DNA of 64,000 nt from a virus: IMG/VR virus record IMGVR_UViG_3300045988_101799; one strand, given 5' to 3'. The translations under genes were made by a program, and so were the position numbers. Positions 8,986 to 19,923 of the stretch are shown here, piece by piece. Positions within the stretch are counted from its first letter, which is position 1; the number at the start of each line of letters is the position of its first letter. A model generated the notes under the pieces. The model made no database searches. It was not told the DNA's origin and saw only the letters and a program-made list of their open reading frames with translations.

Positions 8986-11900
8986 CTACTGCTTCATCCG
9001 ATTATGAATTTCCTCCGCACTCAATGCCCCATCAATCTGAATGCTACCCTTCCTCATGAGGTTGATAATGAGTTTCTTCTGCTCTTCGATTAGGCGTTTG
9101 CCCTCGTCCGTGGTATTAGACTTCTGCAATTCGCGGTTGAGCTTCGCGATAGCCTCACGTCCTGCTTGCGGGCTGATGATGTAGGGCATGATGCCTTTCA
9201 TGGCCGCGCCGTAGGTCTTGGCACTCATACCGGAAGTCTCAATCGCGGAAGCCAGAACTTCCTTCCGCAGAGCGGGGTCAAGCATGTTTGTAATTTCCGT
9301 AACAAACCGGACACTATTGACTAGCTTGGTGAAATTCTTCACGGCATCCGCGGTTTCCACGGCTTCCATGAGTTCCACATCCACCCCGGATTCCATTCTC
9401 TTGTAGAAGTCCGGACGAAGAACGCTCGTTCGCTTTGACTTAGTGACTGCCGCGTTGGCATTCTTTAACCCGGCGGCAAGGGCTTCGGTCAAATCCTTCG
9501 GACGACGGAGGCCCGCACCCAAGGACTGTAACCCGTATGCCGCGGCACTCATGTCAGGTGTATCGCTAAACGCTTGTTTACCTGACTTGACTGCCCAGCC
9601 GTAGAAGGGAATCTTTTTATTGGCAACCGTCGCGAATCGTTCAAGGACTTGCCATGTATGTCCACTGCCGAACGAGGGGTTCAGCCCTGCGGCCAACAGG
9701 ATTGCGTTGCCGACTGCCGGGAGAACGTTGACGCTTTCATCACCGGAGAGGCTATGCTTGTAATTGAAGTCTTCCTCATTAAACAATTCAGAAGCGGCAT
9801 TCAGAAGGAGGGATTCTTCAAGCACCGTATTTTCCAGCAGGTTTTTCAGTTCGGCAACCTTGTTCATCCCCCACTTGTCCACATCCATATCCATGAAGAG
9901 GCTGGGCAGGGTTTTGGCTAACACCTTGATGGTCTTGAACGGGTTCATGTATTCAAGGTTCAAATACTCGAACTCATGTCGCTTCATATCTATGATGCCA
10001 ATCAAGTCCCCGAACTTATCGTAGTCTGGAATTAGACCACTGTCTGCCAGCTTCCTCATGACTTCCGCGTCGTCAATGATTTTACGGTCATCGTCATCTC
10101 CCAAGACACTGGTGATAATCTGTCGGGCAACCCAGGAAGAGACCGCAGAGGTTGCAGAAATAGTTCCTACGGAACCAGCGATGCGAACGAAAGCGCGTCC
10201 CAAGAGGTAAGCCCCCTCCTTCTTCATGCCGTTATTGATAGCCCACACACCATCTACCCCTTCGCCTATGGCGTGGCCAAGGTTGTAGACTACAGACTGG
10301 GCGGTATGGTACTGGAACATGAAGAACGGAGCCGCAACTATATTCAGGGTTTTCACCCACGAAGGAGTACGTGAACCCGTGGGGAGCAAGCTCTTCACCA
10401 TGTGGGCAGTATACCTATCCACATACGCATTCCAACTCTGGGTAGTCTGGCTCGCGTCAATGAGTATCTGGTCCCGTGCATTGGGGGTGTCCTTGCCCAT
10501 CGCCCGTGCCAGTTGTACCTTTAATTGGGTATCGGCAATCGCTCTCTGGTTAGTGAAGAGAACAATCTTGGCCGCCGCGTCCGGCAAGCCATAGGCGAAG
10601 GACATCGTTTTGATGGGCCATGCTACGACTTTGCCCGCCATCTTGGCGGCATCCTTAGCCACCTCGCCCTTCGTCCGTTCCTGTTTCTCGTTCAGAGCTT
10701 CGGCCAGTTTGAAGAAGGAATCCTCATTCACTTCTTCAAATTCTCCTGCCATCTTACTGAACTCGTCAGACTTCCAGACGTTGCGCAGGAACTCCCCTTG
10801 ACCTGCGTCCAGCAGACCAAGCTCTTGCCAGTAGCGAATCTTCTCGTTGTACCTGTCTTCCGCGGCCAGCAGTCTATCCGCGGAAGCCTGTGAAGCAAGG
10901 TCCCTGCCCTGTGATAGCCACCATAGCTTACGCAACTGGACCCAGTCCCCGACAAGGTTTGCGATGTCTTTACTCCCCGTGAATGGAAGTGCACCCGCAT
11001 GGGTCATTTGAGCTACTGTACCATATAAGTTACGTAACGTGGAATTAGGACTCGCTATTAAGACAGAAAGGTTAGCCAAGCCACCCGCCTTACTCCACCA
11101 TTCTTGACCCTTGCCGGACTTCTGCCAGTACTTGCGCACCTTCTTATAGTCGTCCGTCCTGCTATTCAGGATGTCGTCGCTCGGTCTGTAGATGCGGTAG
11201 ATGGCATCGGCTACATCCTTGTCGGCGTACATTCCGTTCAACGCATTCTTCGTATTCTTCAAGGAGATTTCCACCATGTCCGAAGTACGGTTCGTGGAAT
11301 TCGGGGGTACGACCACACCCTGTGCCTTGAGCACGGAGGTATACTCGTCAGCAAGCAACTGGTTCACGGCAATCTTCGACTGCATGGATAGGGTATTCTG
11401 TAACGTCCCAATGGCATCCCCAATGGTGAGGTCGCTAAGTTCATACATAGCTTTCCTCTGCCATTCGGGCAAGCGTTTCCGCTGGGCCAGCGCATCTTCA
11501 TTCGTCCTCTTCTTGGACAGAACTTCGTCAATGGCCTTCATGGCATCGTTCACCGCAAGACGGGAGAGTTCCGGATATTGCAACACTTTCAAGTCGGTAG
11601 CGGAGATGACGTTGCCCATATTGTTCGCCCCCATGAGAATGCCCGCCTGACCGCGAAGAAGATTGAGCGTCTTGTCCAGTCGTTCTGCGGCATTCATATT
11701 CGGAGCGTTCCATATCTGGTCAATGGCCGAAGTCGGGATAGTGGGGATGACCTTGTTCACTTCGGAAGCCACGGATGCCGGGGAATCAAGACTGCCGATT
11801 TTGTCCGCAATCGTTTTTCCCGGAAGGTCGGAGAAGACTTCGGCGAGGAAACTATCTCTGGCTTTCATGTCCAGAGTTTCCTTCGTCTCTGTCATCTTTG

Positions 11901-14900
11901 ACTTCGTGTGATAGTCTGCCTGTGCTATCATGCTCATGGCCTTATCATATATGGCACTGATGTTGTGGCCGTCCCTCAAATCTGCAAGCATTTGAACCGC
12001 GCCGAAGTTGTTCTGAATGAAGTCAAGAATTTCCCGGTTCCTGTAGTTCTTGGCTACACCTTCGAACAGGAGTTTATAATTCGCAGAGGCTCCCGTGGGA
12101 GCTGACACCAGCGGAAGTTTCAACTCGTCGTGGAGCGCGGCCAATGCCTGCATGTTGTCCAGCACTTGGCTTACGTTTTCGGATAGTTCTCTCTGGTGCG
12201 CTTCGGCATGAGAGATTGCGGCTTCCTGCAACAGTTTCGTCAGACCGTCGTATTTCTGCGCCAGTTCTCCGTTGGGGTTTGCGATGATGTCCTTCATCGT
12301 CCGGGTGAAGTCTCCGGCATGGCGTCCTACGGCCATGTAGGTGCGATGAAGATAATTCATCTCCGCGGCGTTGTCAGCCATACGGCTATCTCCAATGAGC
12401 TTGGCAATAGAGATTTGCGTTGCGGCAATTTCTTTACGGGAATCGGCGATGACATTGTGGACCAGTTGACCTACAACCCCTTGTGACAGAAGCCACTGTT
12501 CAGCGGCATCCCGCTTAGCCATATACTCCGCTTGTTTTTGACGGCGTGCATTGAGGATAGCGTTGTCCCGTTTCAGCCACACGGAACCAGCAGGGGTAGC
12601 TACGCCAGCGCGAGTTACACCCGCCTTCTTTGTTGCGGCGTAGAAATCCTCCTTGGCTTCCCGGATGATTTGTTTAGCTTCGGCCCGTGCCTTAGCGATG
12701 TCCTGAATCATAGGAGCGACGGCGGGATGGTTTGTACTCTCCGCATAGAGGAAGTCATTGCGAAGGTTGGACCACCTGTCCAGAAGTTCATCCATAGAGA
12801 AGGGACTATCCGCTTCGTTAATCATATCCGCGAGATAGTTTTGCGTGTCGCGGGCAAGACCGAAGTAGGCAGTTTCCAGATTGGCATCCCCCGTCGCGGA
12901 GATACGAGAGCCGAGGTCGGAGAGCGATTTGTGAATCTGCTGGGAGAGCATGGGGAGAGCTACCTGCTTGTCCAGCATGGCACCATATCCCTTGCCGCTC
13001 ATGTCTTTAATCCGGCGCATCATGTCGTTGATTTCCAATCGCCCTTCACTATTAAGCGCAAGGGAGTTAGCCAGACGCACCGCTTCCGCGTGCCTATTGA
13101 CGGCATCGGTGACGGTCTTCTTAGCCAACGCGATACGGAAGTCGCGGGTCTGTTCATGCTGACGAACTTCTGCTTGAGCCTCTGCGTTAATGCGTGCAAC
13201 AGTTTCAGGGTCAATATCGTTGTCCATATTCCCCGACATGTCAAGAATGGACTTGCTCCATTTCTTTCGCGTAGCGGCATCCCAGCCCAGATTATCCGCA
13301 CGGCGTTGAAGCATATCGCCGATTTTGTCAATGCGTTTAATACTACGTTCGTATGCCGCATTCACGTTGGCCATTTGTTCCAGCACAACCAGCTTCTGTT
13401 CCTCGGACTTAACATTGATGCCAGCCTTGTCCCAGTTCTTGGTTACACCCAGCCATCCGTTCTTAATACTAGTCACCCAGTTCCCGGCATTCGTGCCAAT
13501 GATTTCTGCGCCAAGGCCGAAGGACAGTCTCCGGGTCATGTCAGTCTCATAGGCCATCGGGTTAAAATAATCTACCCCGTTGCCCATAGTATAATCCGTA
13601 TCGTCTACCTTCCATGACGGAGTGCGAGGCATATCGAACCACTTGCCGGGGGTCATGTCCGCGACGCGGGCCACATAGGAATCCCATTCAGCCACGCGTT
13701 CTGCGGCGGTGGTTCCGTCCATATCGTCCGCAGTTTGTCGCACGTCCCTAATCAAATCCTTAAGCCATTCGACGAGGCGCACATGAATAGGCTTCCGGCC
13801 TCCCGCCGCTTCGGCATAGCGAGCCAAATCCGTGATGGTGATATTGTCTCCACTAGCTTCCGCTACCATGAAGTTCATGACAGGATTGGAGAACGCGACA
13901 CTGGCAAATTCGTCCGGGCCGCGGAGACCGTAGTTGAGGTCGGAAGCGAGCGCGGCGATGGCATTCATCTCATTGATGTCCACGCTAGCGTCATACATAG
14001 CGGAGAGACTATCAACAATATTGTTGTAGTTCTCTGCAATCGCGCTTCTAATCTTATCCATCCGCTGGGAATAGTCCGTGTTGGTGGTACGAAGATGACG
14101 GTCAATGAGGTGGATGACTTCGTGTAGTACCGTTCCCGTTACGCTTTCAATCGCATTGTCCCGGTTCACGTACAGGTCAATGACACCGCCGACAAGCTTC
14201 CCGTCCGTGCCGTTCATGTAGGTGATACTGGCGGGGGAAGAGATGTTCGCCGGAGCATTGGTTGCACGGATAGCAACATCCAAACCAGCGGCATGCAGTG
14301 CGCGGAGCACTCCATCAATGGCCGCGGCCTGTGCGGGAGAAGCATTAACTTGAAGGTCCGAAAGGATGCCGTAGGCATTTGCGCCAGTCCCATCCGTCGG
14401 GAGATTGAGAGCGGAGACCTTGTCTCCCCACTTGGTGCTAGGTGTCCCTCCCTCACCTGCGTTGTACATGCTTGCGTGCGGAGCGATGACAATGGTTTCT
14501 CCCGTGTTGCTGGTAATCATGGGGGCGTTAATCCCGGTCATCTCGTTCAGGGAGACGAGCTTCGCGCCGCGCTCCAATGGCGTACCATAGGAGAGCCACG
14601 CACCAGTATTACTATCGAACGAGGCGATTGCCGCATCCATGTTATCCACGGTTTCCACGGAACTGGGGGTAACTACTCCCGTCTCTACCATAGCAGTGAT
14701 GGGGGCAATAGCATTGTCCCTCTCCTTCCGGGCAATAGCTACCGGGGATTCCTTGGGTTCCGTGGTAGCCGTGGTAGCCGGGGATTCCGTGGTAGCCGCG
14801 GCTTCCGTCAATCCGTTGATGACGTGAAGAGCGGCGTCGAGGTCTTCATCTCCTGTAGTAAGGATGGACAGGTCGTCGTCTACTTCGATAACCTGAACCC

Positions 14901-17900
14901 GGTCTCCCATAGCATCAAGGGCCTCCGAAAGCATGGTTCGCATGGTGTCGAGGTTTTCCTTATTTGGGAATGACAGGGTATTGGGCAAGTCGTTAATGGC
15001 TTCTGCCATGAAGGAGCTTGCCGCGGCACTGCCCTCATAGGTATGTATTTCGGAGGCCCGTTCAACTAGGTTGCGGAACTGGGTGAAGTTGCTGATACCC
15101 ATACGGACTGCGCCATCCACCCATGCCTTGCGGGTTTCGTCGGAGACAACTAGACTTTCATGGGCAATGGATTTGTCCACCCATTCGCGGGCAACTTCCG
15201 CGGCATCCCCCTTCTCCCCGGCAATCTCGATAACCTTCTTTCCGGTTTCTACCAAGCTTTCCGGCACATTGTTTTTGGTAATGGCTTTGCCCGTTTCCTC
15301 GATGATGTTGCTCGCATCTTTCGTAATATCCGGTAGCATGGAAGTAGCATCCTTTACATCGAGAGTGGGGGCGGCTTCGGTTTGGAAACGTATGTTCCCC
15401 TCACCAGCTAAGTGGCTACCAACGTAGCCGCCGATACCTCCGAGGAAAGCAATCTTCATAGCCCCACTAATCACTTGGTCAGTAGTGGCAATAGAAGATT
15501 CGGAGATTTCTCCGTTCTTCACCAGTTCGGTAAATGCCCATTCTTGGAATTCGTCTGTCAGTTCTTCGGTGGCTCCTTCCACTACGGCCTTGCTCGTGCT
15601 GTACAGATAGGAAGCAACGGCAAACGTCTTTTCCTTCGTGTTCATCTCCTTAAATGGCTTGCTTCTCCATCCGGCCATCTTCCGTTCAAGAGTTTGGAAT
15701 GGAGATTGACCGCGAAGGTTTTTAGCCCCAACAATCTTACGCATGTAGGAATCCATACCTGCGCGGTTGTTGATGAGAGTACTACCAGTAGATACGAGAG
15801 CCGCACCAAAGAGGGCACGCATGTTGGCAATGCTCTGTGCCCTGTTCGTGTTCTCGGCAGTCGGTTCCTTCCCTTCCATCTCCCTATCATAAATGGTATA
15901 GAAGATGTCGGAGTAAGCATTCGGTGCAACCTGCGAGATGATGCTAAGATTTACCCCAGCTCCGGCTCCTGCCCGTTCGAGGTTCAACGCCGCAAGGTTG
16001 TCGAGGTTGCGCTGAATAGTTCCACTCAAACGTCCCGCCAATCCCGGACGGGCGGCAGGGACAAGAGCTTCGGCCCGCTTCGCTACGACGTTAGCCGTTG
16101 CCTTCGCGAACCGCGATAGCGCGGTACGTTCCAGTGCACGGCCAGCGAGGCCGCCAACTTTACCAGCTCCCGCGGTCGCTACCATTTGGTAGCCGAGGTT
16201 AGCGATTTCCGCAGTATAGTCCGCAAGGATATTGCCTCGAACAAGTTCAGCTTCCGCTTCCTGTTTTTTGTTCAGCTGGTCCCAGAGGGTGCGGGTATGT
16301 TCCATCGCCGCACGACTGCCAACTGCATTCTGTGCAAAGAGAAGAGCACCATAGGCGGTACTTGTCCCAAGGTCGATTGCCTTGTGCGTACCTATCTGTA
16401 ACCCGCGGAGAACAGAGTTGATGGTGTCTTGCCCTTTCTCCTGCCATGCGGAGAGGATGTCCTCGTCGCTCTTGCCCGCTTCCTTCTGTTCGTTGTAAAA
16501 ATTCTTGAAGGAAAGGTGCTTGTCCAGATGCTTCATGGATTCAGTCAAGATAGGGTTGAACTGCAAGCCGGAGCCAAGCCACGTATCGCGAAGCGTCCCC
16601 AGCGTCTCGTCCAATGCAATGTTGTCCTTCACAAGTTCCTGTGCGGATTTCTTGCGGAGGTTCTGGAACTTCTCAATGGTGCGATTGATGAGACCTTCGT
16701 CCGCGCCACTAGCACGGAGAGCCTCTATGCTCTGGTCCATCAGCTTATCATTGTAGAGAGCATTGGGGTTCAGTTCGAGTGTGGCGTTCGTATCAACTTC
16801 CTTGGTGTGCGGGTTGTACGCAAAGAGACTGCCACGGCCAACACCCAAGTCACCCATACGTGCGGCATGGGAGAGGGAGTTAAGGGCATCGCGAGTACTT
16901 TCAATATGGTACTGGGCCATGTATTCCTTCAACTGTTCGGGACCTACTTCAAAGGATGGGCCGCCCGGCACGCCATACTGCCATGAGCCACGCTTCGTTC
17001 CCTTCCCCCATTCCATCAAGCTCATTGGGTCAGCGGTCTTACCCACACTATTATCCGGCTGGAAGGTAAGTACGTCCGCAATTTGTCCCGCCGTGCTTCG
17101 GTAGTTAGCCATTGCGCCTTTGACTGCATCCATGAGGGTGCCTCTCGGTGTAGCTTTGGCGGTATAGTCCTGAATCAGTTTGGTTACTCCCGCTTGACGC
17201 AGGGCGGATTTTGGAACCCCCGGAAACCTTGTGGCCACGGCTTCCAGTATAGCCTCACTCATGCCAATCTGTTCGGGGTTTTCGACGGTCAGAGGGCGGT
17301 CCTTCTGGCGGTGAACTTCCTCGGCAATGACCTTTGCCCGTGCACGTATTGCGTCCATGTCAGCACCGGGGACTAAAGACAGAAGGGCAGAGGCCGCGGC
17401 CTCTGGATTGAGAAGCGCGTCGCGAAGTTCGAGATAGGGAAGGCCAGTGTAGTCCTCTTCGAGGCGTCTTACGATTTTGTCTGCGGCTTCTATCTGTTCA
17501 CGAATCCTATCATCAACAGGTTTTTCTTTTTTTGAAATGAGTTTTGCTTGGTCTGTATGGAGTTGTTTCGCATACGCTGTAGCAGATTCCGGGGATTTAA
17601 TATCTTCCGTACTCCGGGAAAGGTAATCCCCGTAGTCGCGGACAAGCTGGAACATTTTGCTGGGAGACTTGGAAAGGTTGGCGAGTTCAGCAAAAACATT
17701 CCCAGTAAATGAAGGTGCTGAATCAGAGAATTCGCCAACGCCAAGCTCCCCCACGCTCGTTTGGCTGGGAGTTTTCTTCTGCACGCCCTCCGTCGAAGAA
17801 GAGCGGTGTTTGTCGTAAAGAGCCTTAGCGGCACGATAGTTGCCAATGTCTTCGCGCCTAATCGTATTGATGACGCTTTCTATTTCTTCTGCGGTGTAAG

Positions 17901-18681
17901 CAATAGGTGCGGTCTCGATGGCTTGTGCCGTAGGTTTACCTGTTCCAACATCTAGATTCGAGTTGAGGTAATCCTTCCGGGCCTTCTCCATTGTGGTGGC
18001 AATGGATTTGGCCACCGCCTTTGCGTTACGGTTTCTGTCCGCGGCAATGGCGAGGAACTTTTCCGTCACGACGGGGTTCCCGTCCTCTCCACTTCCGAAG
18101 CCAGAGCGGGATAAGAAGGCGGAGTGCGTAGGCGTAAGCTCGGAAGAAGACACAACGGTAATTCCCGTATTGTTAGCAAGCTTCTTAATGGCCTCGCTAT
18201 CGCCGCGGGAGGCGGCCGTCAAATCAACCAGTGCATCCTCTCCGCGCTCTACATAGTCTTTCATGTAGTCGAATCCCTCAAAGCTGTACCCACGGTTTCC
18301 TTTGTTCAAGATGTCGAGGGCTTTATTTTCCTCGGCGGTTTTCCATTCTTGTTCCGTATGGGCGCGGGATTTATCTTGCCATTCTACATTCTTCGCGTGT
18401 TCCGCATCCTTTTTCTGTTTCTCCGCAAAGTCATCAACAGACTTAAAGAGGAAGGTGTCATAGTCTGCGGTCGCCGTCGCTCCCTTCTCGGCACGGGTCT
18501 GTCTCTTTTCCGCTAACCTTTGCTCGCGGTCCAGTGCTTTCTGTTCTCGGTCCCGCTGTTTCTGCGCTTGCGTCTCTTGCCACGCGGCGTGCCTTTCTAC
18601 GGCACGCTGTTCACGTGCAATACTACTTCCCGACGTCGGAGTGAAGTCGGACATATTGGCGGTACTAAAGTCAATAGCCAT
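8986..18681 (-). CDS. 3231-aa multidomain virion-associated protein (function unknown); contains HExxH zincin-like motif
   Basis: Uninterrupted 9.7 kb ORF directly downstream of the tail genes; HEVIH in TGTVLHEVIHLIDRH; long predicted coiled-coil/alpha regions; no DxDGD RNAP motif seen. Confidence 0.75.
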   Translation of the reverse strand: MAIDFSTANMSDFTPTSGSSIAREQRAVERHAAWQETQAQKQRDREQKALDREQRLAEKRQTRAEKGATATADYDTFLFKSVDDFAEKQKKDAEHAKNVEWQDKSRAHTEQEWKTAEENKALDILNKGNRGYSFEGFDYMKDYVERGEDALVDLTAASRGDSEAIKKLANNTGITVVSSSELTPTHSAFLSRSGFGSGEDGNPVVTEKFLAIAADRNRNAKAVAKSIATTMEKARKDYLNSNLDVGTGKPTAQAIETAPIAYTAEEIESVINTIRREDIGNYRAAKALYDKHRSSSTEGVQKKTPSQTSVGELGVGEFSDSAPSFTGNVFAELANLSKSPSKMFQLVRDYGDYLSRSTEDIKSPESATAYAKQLHTDQAKLISKKEKPVDDRIREQIEAADKIVRRLEEDYTGLPYLELRDALLNPEAAASALLSLVPGADMDAIRARAKVIAEEVHRQKDRPLTVENPEQIGMSEAILEAVATRFPGVPKSALRQAGVTKLIQDYTAKATPRGTLMDAVKGAMANYRSTAGQIADVLTFQPDNSVGKTADPMSLMEWGKGTKRGSWQYGVPGGPSFEVGPEQLKEYMAQYHIESTRDALNSLSHAARMGDLGVGRGSLFAYNPHTKEVDTNATLELNPNALYNDKLMDQSIEALRASGADEGLINRTIEKFQNLRKKSAQELVKDNIALDETLGTLRDTWLGSGLQFNPILTESMKHLDKHLSFKNFYNEQKEAGKSDEDILSAWQEKGQDTINSVLRGLQIGTHKAIDLGTSTAYGALLFAQNAVGSRAAMEHTRTLWDQLNKKQEAEAELVRGNILADYTAEIANLGYQMVATAGAGKVGGLAGRALERTALSRFAKATANVVAKRAEALVPAARPGLAGRLSGTIQRNLDNLAALNLERAGAGAGVNLSIISQVAPNAYSDIFYTIYDREMEGKEPTAENTNRAQSIANMRALFGAALVSTGSTLINNRAGMDSYMRKIVGAKNLRGQSPFQTLERKMAGWRSKPFKEMNTKEKTFAVASYLYSTSKAVVEGATEELTDEFQEWAFTELVKNGEISESSIATTDQVISGAMKIAFLGGIGGYVGSHLAGEGNIRFQTEAAPTLDVKDATSMLPDITKDASNIIEETGKAITKNNVPESLVETGKKVIEIAGEKGDAAEVAREWVDKSIAHESLVVSDETRKAWVDGAVRMGISNFTQFRNLVERASEIHTYEGSAAASSFMAEAINDLPNTLSFPNKENLDTMRTMLSEALDAMGDRVQVIEVDDDLSILTTGDEDLDAALHVINGLTEAAATTESPATTATTEPKESPVAIARKERDNAIAPITAMVETGVVTPSSVETVDNMDAAIASFDSNTGAWLSYGTPLERGAKLVSLNEMTGINAPMITSNTGETIVIAPHASMYNAGEGGTPSTKWGDKVSALNLPTDGTGANAYGILSDLQVNASPAQAAAIDGVLRALHAAGLDVAIRATNAPANISSPASITYMNGTDGKLVGGVIDLYVNRDNAIESVTGTVLHEVIHLIDRHLRTTNTDYSQRMDKIRSAIAENYNNIVDSLSAMYDASVDINEMNAIAALASDLNYGLRGPDEFASVAFSNPVMNFMVAEASGDNITITDLARYAEAAGGRKPIHVRLVEWLKDLIRDVRQTADDMDGTTAAERVAEWDSYVARVADMTPGKWFDMPRTPSWKVDDTDYTMGNGVDYFNPMAYETDMTRRLSFGLGAEIIGTNAGNWVTSIKNGWLGVTKNWDKAGINVKSEEQKLVVLEQMANVNAAYERSIKRIDKIGDMLQRRADNLGWDAATRKKWSKSILDMSGNMDNDIDPETVARINAEAQAEVRQHEQTRDFRIALAKKTVTDAVNRHAEAVRLANSLALNSEGRLEINDMMRRIKDMSGKGYGAMLDKQVALPMLSQQIHKSLSDLGSRISATGDANLETAYFGLARDTQNYLADMINEADSPFSMDELLDRWSNLRNDFLYAESTNHPAVAPMIQDIAKARAEAKQIIREAKEDFYAATKKAGVTRAGVATPAGSVWLKRDNAILNARRQKQAEYMAKRDAAEQWLLSQGVVGQLVHNVIADSRKEIAATQISIAKLIGDSRMADNAAEMNYLHRTYMAVGRHAGDFTRTMKDIIANPNGELAQKYDGLTKLLQEAAISHAEAHQRELSENVSQVLDNMQALAALHDELKLPLVSAPTGASANYKLLFEGVAKNYRNREILDFIQNNFGAVQMLADLRDGHNISAIYDKAMSMIAQADYHTKSKMTETKETLDMKARDSFLAEVFSDLPGKTIADKIGSLDSPASVASEVNKVIPTIPTSAIDQIWNAPNMNAAERLDKTLNLLRGQAGILMGANNMGNVISATDLKVLQYPELSRLAVNDAMKAIDEVLSKKRTNEDALAQRKRLPEWQRKAMYELSDLTIGDAIGTLQNTLSMQSKIAVNQLLADEYTSVLKAQGVVVPPNSTNRTSDMVEISLKNTKNALNGMYADKDVADAIYRIYRPSDDILNSRTDDYKKVRKYWQKSGKGQEWWSKAGGLANLSVLIASPNSTLRNLYGTVAQMTHAGALPFTGSKDIANLVGDWVQLRKLWWLSQGRDLASQASADRLLAAEDRYNEKIRYWQELGLLDAGQGEFLRNVWKSDEFSKMAGEFEEVNEDSFFKLAEALNEKQERTKGEVAKDAAKMAGKVVAWPIKTMSFAYGLPDAAAKIVLFTNQRAIADTQLKVQLARAMGKDTPNARDQILIDASQTTQSWNAYVDRYTAHMVKSLLPTGSRTPSWVKTLNIVAAPFFMFQYHTAQSVVYNLGHAIGEGVDGVWAINNGMKKEGAYLLGRAFVRIAGSVGTISATSAVSSWVARQIITSVLGDDDDRKIIDDAEVMRKLADSGLIPDYDKFGDLIGIIDMKRHEFEYLNLEYMNPFKTIKVLAKTLPSLFMDMDVDKWGMNKVAELKNLLENTVLEESLLLNAASELFNEEDFNYKHSLSGDESVNVLPAVGNAILLAAGLNPSFGSGHTWQVLERFATVANKKIPFYGWAVKSGKQAFSDTPDMSAAAYGLQSLGAGLRRPKDLTEALAAGLKNANAAVTKSKRTSVLRPDFYKRMESGVDVELMEAVETADAVKNFTKLVNSVRFVTEITNMLDPALRKEVLASAIETSGMSAKTYGAAMKGIMPYIISPQAGREAIAKLNRELQKSNTTDEGKRLIEEQKKLIINLMRKGSIQIDGALSAEEIHNRMKQ

Positions 18682-18784
18682 GTTTGTTGAGTATTAGTCT
18701 AATAAGTTTGCCCCACTCATGTGGGTCTTCAACATCCTATCATGAGTGGGGCGAGGGTCAAGTGAAATATGTATTATGTCAAAT

Positions 18785-19921
18785 TTATTTTCGGAAGTCC
18801 AAGTGAGTGAACTCCGGTCCCTTCATCAGTTCAGTGTAGAGGGTGAGCTTCGCTTGCGGGTCTTTCTTCCGCAGTGCCTGATACTGCGCGTAATGCCGAG
18901 CGAAGCGGGGGTCCCGGATGTTGAGCCGATTCCTGAACATGTTGCTAAGTTCCTTTATTTTGGCGCGTTCCAATTTTTCGAGGGTCTTAATCTCCTTGCC
19001 ATACTTTTCCGGCTGGGCGTACATGGTTCGGACGCGGAGGTATGTTTGCGCCTGTGCTCTTGCTTCGGGGCTGGCCGTATCATCCCTCAAGGTTCGTAGC
19101 ATATTCTCGGCAGTTCCAGTGCCCGCAGTCGTCGGGACGCTCGTGGGTACGGGAGCATTGCCGGAGGGGAGAGCAGAGGCGGGGAACCTAGAGCCAGAGG
19201 GGGCGGCCGTGGTTCCCGCGGTAGCTCCCGCGGTAGCTCCCGCGGCGGGCGCATTCTTGGTCTGGCTCTCTACATACTTGCTATATATCGCGTTCCTCTG
19301 CGCTTCCGGCATGGACATGAATGTCTTGAACTTCTCCGGGCCAAGCATCTTCTCCGCATGCGCATAGAACCCAGCCGTGGTGGTGTCTGGGCTAGCGGTT
19401 GGAGCGGAAGCCGTGGAACCCTTGGAACCCGTGGAAGCCGTCGCTTGTGTCGGCATAGTCGGAGATATGACAGGCATCTGCCCACGGCTTATGTTCTGGT
19501 CCACGCCACGAAGCATAAGCCTGTCCTCCGCAGAGAGTTTCCCCGCCGCGGCTTGTTGCATGCCCGCCGCATAGGTCGCCCGTTGCTGGGCGGCGTAGGC
19601 CGCGCTGTTGGGGTCGACCGCTCCGGGCGTTGCTGGTTCAGTAATCCCCCGTCCATAGGGACTAGGAGACTGGGCCGCCGCGGGTGCCGCGGATGCCGGG
19701 GGATTCTTGATGCCGTGGTTACTATTGGCCGCGGCGATGGTGTTCATCTCCTTCGCGTCGACGGGTTTGTTCGGGTCGTTGTTATTCATTGGACGGAGGG
19801 GGATGTCGGGGTTCGTCTTCGGAAGCACCTCGTCCATCGTCTTCTGCTTAATGGACTTGGCGGCGGGGATACCCCCGCTCGCGCTCGTCTCGCTCGATAT
19901 GTCTGTACGTTTGGTTGCCAT
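18785..19921 (-). CDS. Ala/Pro/Thr-rich low-complexity structural protein
   Basis: 378-aa ORF with ATAGATAGTTAAPSG-type tracts, co-oriented in the late operon. Confidence 0.5.
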   Translation of the reverse strand: MATKRTDISSETSASGGIPAAKSIKQKTMDEVLPKTNPDIPLRPMNNNDPNKPVDAKEMNTIAAANSNHGIKNPPASAAPAAAQSPSPYGRGITEPATPGAVDPNSAAYAAQQRATYAAGMQQAAAGKLSAEDRLMLRGVDQNISRGQMPVISPTMPTQATASTGSKGSTASAPTASPDTTTAGFYAHAEKMLGPEKFKTFMSMPEAQRNAIYSKYVESQTKNAPAAGATAGATAGTTAAPSGSRFPASALPSGNAPVPTSVPTTAGTGTAENMLRTLRDDTASPEARAQAQTYLRVRTMYAQPEKYGKEIKTLEKLERAKIKELSNMFRNRLNIRDPRFARHYAQYQALRKKDPQAKLTLYTELMKGPEFTHLDFRK

Positions 19922-19923
19922 AA

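Noticed and set aside
12532-13617. 361-aa plus-strand ORF (and many other 60-230-aa plus-strand ORFs between 9 kb and 19 kb)
   Set aside because: They lie antisense and entirely inside the 3231-aa minus-strand gene, so they are shadow ORFs of a long GC-balanced coding region
8986-18681. Virion RNA polymerase (crAss/N4-like) assignment for the giant protein
   Set aside because: No DxDGD or other recognisable RNAP catalytic motif was found in the translation; only the HExxH motif is visible
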